A stretch of DNA of 64,000 bases. Source: a virus. The position numbers were made by a program, and so were the translations under genes. The notes beneath the pieces are model-generated. The model was not told the DNA's origin. It made no database searches and was given only the letters and a program-made list of their open reading frames with translations. Below, in pieces: positions 58,471 to 64,000 of the stretch (position 1 is its first letter; each line of letters opens with the position of its first letter). The DNA lies in the IMG/VR virus record IMGVR_UViG_3300045303_000221, positions 1-64,000 of that record. One strand, 5' to 3'.

Positions 58471-60654
58471 ATGGACCTGACAGCGCAGATCGAGGCGGCT
58501 GCGCAGACCGCCGACCCCAACGAGCGCCGGGCGAAGCTCCGCATCCTGCGAGAGGAAGCGGAGGCGCAACTGGGGACGATCGACACCCACCTCGCCGACG
58601 TGGACTACGAGCGCGAGGCCGCCGTCCACGAGTTCACCGCCAAGGAAGCCGCCGCGCGCCACAACGCCACCCTGCGCGAGGAACTGATCCGACGCGGCAT
58701 CTCCGACGAAGCGAGCATGGACGACGCCGGACTGCTCTCCCACGCCGACCTCGACGCGCTCTCCGAGGAGGGCCTGCTGGAGCACGCACTGGACGTGCTG
58801 TTCCCCGTCACCGAGGGGGCGGGCGGGAAGGTGTTCGGCACCATGATCCACTTCCAGGAGAAGCTGCACCCGCGCGGCCGAGGCGGCAAGTTCGCGAAGA
58901 AGCCCGGCGGTGGCGGCCCCGAGCCGAAGGCCGCGAAGCGCGCCCCGAACGTGCCCGGCAACGGCGGCGGCAAGACCAAGGCGCAGTCGCGCGCCACACC
59001 GGCACCGGCCGCCAGCGCATCACACGCACGACGCGAGGCGGAAGCCGCCCGCGCGAAAGAGTTCAAGCCGGTCGTGCCGGAGGACGTGCCGCAGCGCCCG
59101 AAGGGCCAGAGCGAGGAGAACAAGGCGAAGGTCGCGAACCTCGCAGCACGCATCGGCAAGCGCATCGCCGGAGCCGCCGCAGGCCGCCAGTCCTCACCGG
59201 AGAACACGATCTTCAACGCGAAGGGCAGCGTCTCACAGCACACGCTGCTCCAGTACGTCCGCGACGCCGCCAGCGAGCCGGACACGATGCAGCTTCACTC
59301 GCGCATGGGCCAAGACGGCCGACCCGTGTTCACCGCGGAACGCAAGGCCCTGCACGAGGCGATCATCGACATGGCGCTGCGCGCACCACGCTTCCGCCCA
59401 GACCCGCAGAAGCCCGACAAGAAGCTCCTGGAGTTCGACCCGAACGGCGCATTCCTGGAACCCGACCCCGACGGCCAGCCCAAGACGCTATTCAGCGGCG
59501 GCGGCTACGCAGCGGGCAAGGGCGCAAGCCTCGCCCGACTCGGAGACGACGAGAAGCCACGCAACGCGATCCTGCTCGACCCCGACCGGATCAAGGCGCT
59601 CCTCCCCGAGTTCCACGACGGCCTGGACAGCGACGACCCCGAAGCGAACCTGCACGTCTACCGCGAAGCGTGGGAGATCGCGCAGGAAGTGCAGCGCCGC
59701 GCCCAGGCGAAGAAGCTGAACATGGTCGTGGACGGCATCTCGGACACGACGGTGGAGGAAATCGACTCGCGCGTGCAGAGCTTCCTCGACCACGGCTACA
59801 AGGTGCACATGGTCTACACCGACATCCCCACGGAGGAAGCGATCAGCCGCGCAGCGGGACGCGCAGCCGGGGCGAAGGCCGACAGCGACCGACGCCACAT
59901 CCCCGACACGATCATGCGCGCAGTGCACCGCGACGTGGCCGCGACGATCCCAGCCCTCATGGAGCACATGCAGTCGAAGCCGGAAGGCACCGCAAGGCCA
60001 CGCATCGAGGTGTACGACAACCACCAGGGACAAGCCGACGACGGATCGTTCAACCCGCCGAAGCGAATGGCGCTATTCGACCCGGAGACGGGCCAGTTCA
60101 ACGTGGAGGACGACGCGCTGTGGCAGCGCCTGCAAGCGAAGGGCGACGAGAAGATCCCCGGCCTCGACGCGCCGGAACGACCCGCGCAACCCGCGCCGGT
60201 CAGCGAAGCGGCGGAACCGCCGCAGGAAGGAGCGCCCGCCGTGCAGCCGGACGCACCCACACCGACACCCGCAGACGAGCCGCCCGCACCGACGCCCGGC
60301 CCGAAGACGACGGACGAGATCGTGCAGGCCGGACTGCGCGTGGACGTGCCGTACGAACTGCCCGCCAGCCAGCCACTGAAGTACGAGGAAGGCGAACCGG
60401 CAGCGGAGACGCCGCCGGTGAACGCGAGCGAGATGGCCGACCGCGCGAGCGACGCGCTGGAGCGCAGCGGCATGACGAACGACCCGGACAGCAGCGCCGC
60501 GACCGGCCTGTTCCAGTACGACGCGCACGACGAGGCGGATGCCGTGAATCAAGCTCCGAAGGATGATTCACAGCCGGAAGCGAAAACGCCTGCAAATCCG
60601 GCACCGGTGAATACACCGAAGCCACCTTCGCCCACCGGCGGGACGCAGGGCTAG
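58471..60654 (+). CDS. Zeta-toxin-like P-loop kinase with N-terminal HPR tag (leaderless)
   Basis: TAGACT-N7-ATG; FQEKLHPRGRGGKF; GGGYAAGKG Walker A, LLDPDRIK, NMVVDG, GYKVHMVY...AI.RA..R...R.IP, YDN. Confidence 0.8.
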   Translation: MDLTAQIEAAAQTADPNERRAKLRILREEAEAQLGTIDTHLADVDYEREAAVHEFTAKEAAARHNATLREELIRRGISDEASMDDAGLLSHADLDALSEEGLLEHALDVLFPVTEGAGGKVFGTMIHFQEKLHPRGRGGKFAKKPGGGGPEPKAAKRAPNVPGNGGGKTKAQSRATPAPAASASHARREAEAARAKEFKPVVPEDVPQRPKGQSEENKAKVANLAARIGKRIAGAAAGRQSSPENTIFNAKGSVSQHTLLQYVRDAASEPDTMQLHSRMGQDGRPVFTAERKALHEAIIDMALRAPRFRPDPQKPDKKLLEFDPNGAFLEPDPDGQPKTLFSGGGYAAGKGASLARLGDDEKPRNAILLDPDRIKALLPEFHDGLDSDDPEANLHVYREAWEIAQEVQRRAQAKKLNMVVDGISDTTVEEIDSRVQSFLDHGYKVHMVYTDIPTEEAISRAAGRAAGAKADSDRRHIPDTIMRAVHRDVAATIPALMEHMQSKPEGTARPRIEVYDNHQGQADDGSFNPPKRMALFDPETGQFNVEDDALWQRLQAKGDEKIPGLDAPERPAQPAPVSEAAEPPQEGAPAVQPDAPTPTPADEPPAPTPGPKTTDEIVQAGLRVDVPYELPASQPLKYEEGEPAAETPPVNASEMADRASDALERSGMTNDPDSSAATGLFQYDAHDEADAVNQAPKDDSQPEAKTPANPAPVNTPKPPSPTGGTQG

Positions 60655-60685
60655 CCGAAATGATTCACGCGAAAGAGGTAGCCGC

Positions 60686-61024
60686 ATGGCGATGACCGTC
60701 CGTCGGATCGTGCTGGACGACGTGGTGGGGCCGCAGAAGGTGCAGATGGCACCGGAGGGCTTCCCGATGACCGCCACCTACTGGAGGGACCCGGACGACG
60801 AGGGGATGACCGTCTCGGCGCTGGTGCTGTACGCGGCGGCGGACGAGGCCGACTCGACCGCGGAGTGGACGGTGACGGTGGTGCGGGCCGGGGACGTGGT
60901 GCCGGACGACGGCAGCTACGTCGCGTCCACGCTGGCCGCCGACGGCCGCGTCCGGCACGTGTTCGTGACGCCGCCGGACTGGGACATCGACGGCACCGAC
61001 CCGCCGTCGTCCGACGCCGCGTAG
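60686..61024 (+). CDS. Hypothetical protein
   Basis: AGAGG RBS; YVAST...VRHVF. Confidence 0.6.
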   Translation: MAMTVRRIVLDDVVGPQKVQMAPEGFPMTATYWRDPDDEGMTVSALVLYAAADEADSTAEWTVTVVRAGDVVPDDGSYVASTLAADGRVRHVFVTPPDWDIDGTDPPSSDAA

Positions 61025-61056
61025 ACCGGAGCGCACATCGCGTGTTAGGGTGGCCG

Positions 61057-61312
61057 CAGACCGAGCGGTGGGGAGACGCTGGCTCGGCAGACGGTCACCC
61101 CACGTGGCCTTTGCACACGGACTCCCCCTGAGATACTGCCCCCCGAGCAGCCCCAATACGGTCGCGGCGTCCGACCCCCCGTAGGTCGCCGCGACCGGGG
61201 TGGTGGCCTAAGATGGAGGCCGGACCCACCTCCGGGTTGCCTCCCGAGTTGCACGCTAGGGTCCACGTGGGGCTGCGGCGTTTCACGCGAACGTCGCAGT
61301 CCCACCCTGTCT
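61057..61312 (+). ncRNA. Putative ~260-nt multi-stem non-coding RNA
   Basis: Own promoter box (GCGCACATCGCGTGT-TAGGGT, 61031-61051); nested stems CCCCACGTGG/CCACGTGGGG, CGGTCGCGGCG/CGCCGCGACCG, GGCCT/AGGCC, CTGCGGCGTTT/GAACGTCGCAG. Confidence 0.6.
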
Positions 61313-61340
61313 GACGGTTGAGTGCGTAGAGTGCTCAAGG

Positions 61341-61631
61341 GTGAGCACCCCTCTGCCACTGCTCGCGTTGGACAGCACCGTCAGCGTGGTCACGACGATC
61401 GTGGCGGTCGTGTCGGCGCTGTCGGCGATCGTGCTGGGCTGGCTGAAGTGGGGCCGGGAGGACGCCGGGCAGACCGCTTCGACGGCGAAGACGCTGGTCG
61501 AGACGATGCGCGATGTGAGCGCTGAGGTGAAGGCGCAGCGGGACGAGTGCATGGTGGATCGTGAAGCGCTGCGCGTAAAGGCGCAGAATCTGGAGGCCGA
61601 GCTTGACCGGCGGGAGGCCGAGCGTGGCTGA
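61341..61631 (+). CDS. Membrane-anchored coiled-coil protein (possible lysis accessory)
   Basis: TAGAGT-N8-GTG; one TM helix plus coiled coil. Confidence 0.6.
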   Translation: MSTPLPLLALDSTVSVVTTIVAVVSALSAIVLGWLKWGREDAGQTASTAKTLVETMRDVSAEVKAQRDECMVDREALRVKAQNLEAELDRREAERG

Positions 61632-62298
61632 GCAGCCCGAGGTCACCGAGGTGATCGAGCGAGAGGACGACGACGAGTCTGCGCTGGTGGGAGCGCTGGA
61701 CGGGATGGCGGCCGAGATCCGGACGCTGCACTGGCGCTCGCGGCTGTCGCTGATCGTGATGGGCGTGCTGACGCTGTTGACGATCCTGGCGTTCGGGACG
61801 GCGGCGCTGTCGCTGCGGCAGACGGCGAACGCGGCGAAGGACCGGGCGTCGCAGGCGAAGGTGGAGGCGCAGGCGGCGAACGCCTTGCTGGTGCAGTGCC
61901 TGACGAAGCAGACGCAGGCGGAGATTCAGGCGTGCCTCGGGGTGATGCCGGGTGCTCCGGGCGAGCCGGGCGTGGAGGGCGCGGCGGGCGTGCCGGGAGT
62001 GCCGGGGACGCCGGGCGAGCAGGGCCAGCCGGGCGCGATCGGGAAGCAGGGGCCGCCGGGCGCGACGGGGCCTGCGGGTCCGGCCGGGCCGACGGGGAAG
62101 GGAGGGCCGCGAGGCGCTACGGGATCGCGAGGGGCGACGGGTCCGACGGGGCAGACCGGCCCGCAGGGGACGCCTGGGCCGCCGGGTCGGCGTGGGCCAG
62201 CGGGGCCGCAGGGACGGCCGGGCGCTCCGGCGCAGTTCCCGCTGACGATGACGTGCCGCTCGCCGGATGGCCGCACGTTCACGTGTAACCCCGCGTGA
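61624..62298 (+). CDS. Membrane-anchored collagen-like protein
   Basis: TM helix, Gly-X-Y run, C-terminal Cys pair. Confidence 0.75.
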   Translation: MAEQPEVTEVIEREDDDESALVGALDGMAAEIRTLHWRSRLSLIVMGVLTLLTILAFGTAALSLRQTANAAKDRASQAKVEAQAANALLVQCLTKQTQAEIQACLGVMPGAPGEPGVEGAAGVPGVPGTPGEQGQPGAIGKQGPPGATGPAGPAGPTGKGGPRGATGSRGATGPTGQTGPQGTPGPPGRRGPAGPQGRPGAPAQFPLTMTCRSPDGRTFTCNPA

Positions 62299-62318
62299 GC
62301 GACAGCTAGAGTCTGCTC

Positions 62319-64000
62319 GTGGAGCCGCACGACGATCTGTCTGAGGCCGCTGGCGGAACGCCGCCACCGAAGCGTCGCGGTGGGCAGGGCGCGAACCAGG
62401 AGTTTGAGGGCGCGCACCCGCGATCGGCGAAGGGCCGGGTGGGCGGCGGCGAGTTCGCGAAGAAGCCCGGGCAGGGCGGCGCGGCGAAGCCGAAGATGCA
62501 GGCGGTGTCGGTCGCGTCGGCGCTGAAGGCGGCCGGGGTGAAGTCGATCGCCGAGTTCCAGAAGACGCGCGGGCTGCCGGTGACGGGCAGGCTCGACTCG
62601 CGGACGATGGTGGCGCTGCGCAACGCCTACGTCGCGCACCTCGTGGACTTGCAGTCCGGCGGTGGGACGGCGGCCGGGACGAACGCGGCGGCGAAGGCCG
62701 GGGTGACGCTCGGGCTGCACGACTACGCGAAGCGCGGGATGGGCACGAAGGCAGACCCGGACTCGCGCGTGAGCCGGGTGCAGCAGACCCTGGAGCGGCT
62801 GGGCTACGACGTGCCGATCGACGGCGTGTATAGCTCCGAGCTTGAGACGGCCGTGAAGCAGTTCCAGGCCGACCACGGACTGCCCGCCACGGGCGTCGTG
62901 AGCGTGCAGACGCTGCGGCAGATGGACAAGCTCCACTCGCAGCGCGACGCCGGGAAGGAGCCGGGCGGCGGCCTGTCGGCGGACACGCCGGGCACGAAGC
63001 ACCGGGTCGGCACGGACGAGGTGAAGTCGCTCGCGAACCGGGCACGCGCCGGGCGGATCGCGCGCACCGGCCGGGTGGCGGCGACGGTGAAGACGACCAC
63101 CCCGAAGGCGAAGGCGAAGCCGACCGGCACGAAGCCGCGCAAGCCGCCTGCGACGACGGCCGTGAAGATCACCCAGGCAGCGGTCGATGAGCCGGACGAG
63201 GCGCGCTTCGACGCGCTCGTGATCGACGGCGAGGAGGTCGAGCCGACGGACGTGACGACGCTCCCCTGGTGGGACGAGGACGAGACGTTCGCGCAGGAGG
63301 CGGCGATCGACTGGCGCGAGGTGCTGCACCCCCGGAACCGGCTCGGGAAGTTCCGGCGCGTGTTCGGCGACCCGCGCCCACAGACGCACACGCAGCGGCT
63401 GGTGGCGGAGCCGCCGGTGCAGACGCGGCGCACGGCCGGGAAGCTCGGGGCGCGTCGCACACGGCGCGAGACGCCGGTGCCGGACCAGTGGGGCCAGAAG
63501 CTGATCGAGCACGCCGAGTGGAGCGACAAGGACAACAAGTGGCTCCAGGAGGGCGGGGTGCTGGCGACGGTCACGCACCTGGCGACGGCGCACCGCTGGC
63601 CGAGCATCGCGCCGTTCCAGGGGTTCGACGCGAAGTCGCTGCGCAACTCGGAGGGCGAGCTTCGGATCAGGCCGCCGCAGGAGGTGAACGGGCAGCGCAT
63701 TTTCGAGCAGTGGTGGATCACGGCCGCGATCAGCGCGGCGAAGAAGGGCGTCACCGAGATGGTGATCGCGCACGAGGTGGGGCACATGCTGGACGCATCG
63801 CTGATGCGCCCCGAGGACGGCCAGCCCGATCCGCGCAACAAGAGGATGGACTACCACTTCCACGGCAGCGAGGCAGCGGCGAACATGTCGATCGAGACGA
63901 TCGAGCGGCAGGGCTTCGCGATGTCGGCGGAGCAGCACGCGAGGTGGCGCGAGTTCCTGAAGATCGCCGTCACGCCGTCGGTGCTGGGGCAGACGAAGTA
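62319..64000 (+). CDS. Multi-module protein with two HPR tags, peptidoglycan-binding domains and a zincin HExxH motif (runs off the window; absent from ORF track)
   Basis: Translated by hand: TAGAGT-N6-GTG; [18 protein letters not shown]; [13 protein letters not shown] and [10 protein letters not shown]...DG.Y....[15 protein letters not shown]; [14 protein letters not shown]; [10 protein letters not shown]. Confidence 0.8.
   Translation, partial: MEPHDDLSEAAGGTPPPKRRGGQGANQEFEGAHPRSAKGRVGGGEFAKKPGQGGAAKPKMQAVSVASALKAAGVKSIAEFQKTRGLPVTGRLDSRTMVALRNAYVAHLVDLQSGGGTAAGTNAAAKAGVTLGLHDYAKRGMGTKADPDSRVSRVQQTLERLGYDVPIDGVYSSELETAVKQFQADHGLPATGVVSVQTLRQMDKLHSQRDAGKEPGGGLSADTPGTKHRVGTDEVKSLANRARAGRIARTGRVAATVKTTTPKAKAKPTGTKPRKPPATTAVKITQAAVDEPDEARFDALVIDGEEVEPTDVTTLPWWDEDETFAQEAAIDWREVLHPRNRLGKFRRVFGDPRPQTHTQRLVAEPPVQTRRTAGKLGARRTRRETPVPDQWGQKLIEHAEWSDKDNKWLQEGGVLATVTHLATAHRWPSIAPFQGFDAKSLRNSEGELRIRPPQEVNGQRIFEQWWITAAISAAKKGVTEMVIAHEVGHMLDASLMRPEDGQPDPRNKRMDYHFHGSEAAANMSIETIERQGFAMSAEQHARWREFLKIAVTPSVLGQTK

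Noticed and set aside
61057-61312. tmRNA, RNase P RNA or SRP RNA identity
   Set aside because: No T-arm/ACCA end or tag ORF, no GAGGAAAGUCC, and no SRP GGAA loop motif; kept as an unknown ncRNA.
1-64000. Integrase, transposase, intron/intein, reverse transcriptase/DGR, major capsid or prohead protease genes
   Set aside because: No supporting motifs were recognised in this window; they may lie elsewhere in the genome.

Overview
This is a 64-kb segment of a very high-GC tailed dsDNA phage, probably infecting Actinomycetota (inferred from GC content, Ku, DUF6011/LPD29-like genes, leaderless promoters and PASTA/excalibur lipoproteins). Almost all genes are on the + strand. Recognisable genes: two DNA methyltransferases, a 1732-aa virion/adhesin protein plus BppU-like partner, Ku, a J-domain protein, a putative small terminase, SSB, an SLT transglycosylase, a GpA-like large terminase, a HARP-SNF2 helicase, HNH nucleases, a ParB-like protein, a portal and a MuF-like head protein. 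Four layers of structure are not explained by standard annotation. (1) Five dispersed genes share seven copies of a short peptide tag ([FWY]-x(3-4)-HPR-x(n)-G-x-F), each just after an x-E-(A/G) site and in front of a different cargo (HicA RNase, zeta-like kinase, zincin peptidases, peptidoglycan-binding domains). This suggests a protease-processed capsid-cargo/effector delivery system. (2) About 25 copies of a promoter element (CTAGC.CAC...TG.TA...T) head the accessory gene blocks, most followed by a hairpin plus AGAGAGG. (3) There are several structured non-coding RNAs: two aberrant tRNA-like genes, a ~260-nt multi-stem RNA with its own promoter, and a hairpin array whose loops are complementary to the repeated leader. 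(4) There is a sharp strand-skew inversion near 60.6 kb and apparent restriction-site avoidance. All family assignments come from motifs read by eye; no database searches were run.
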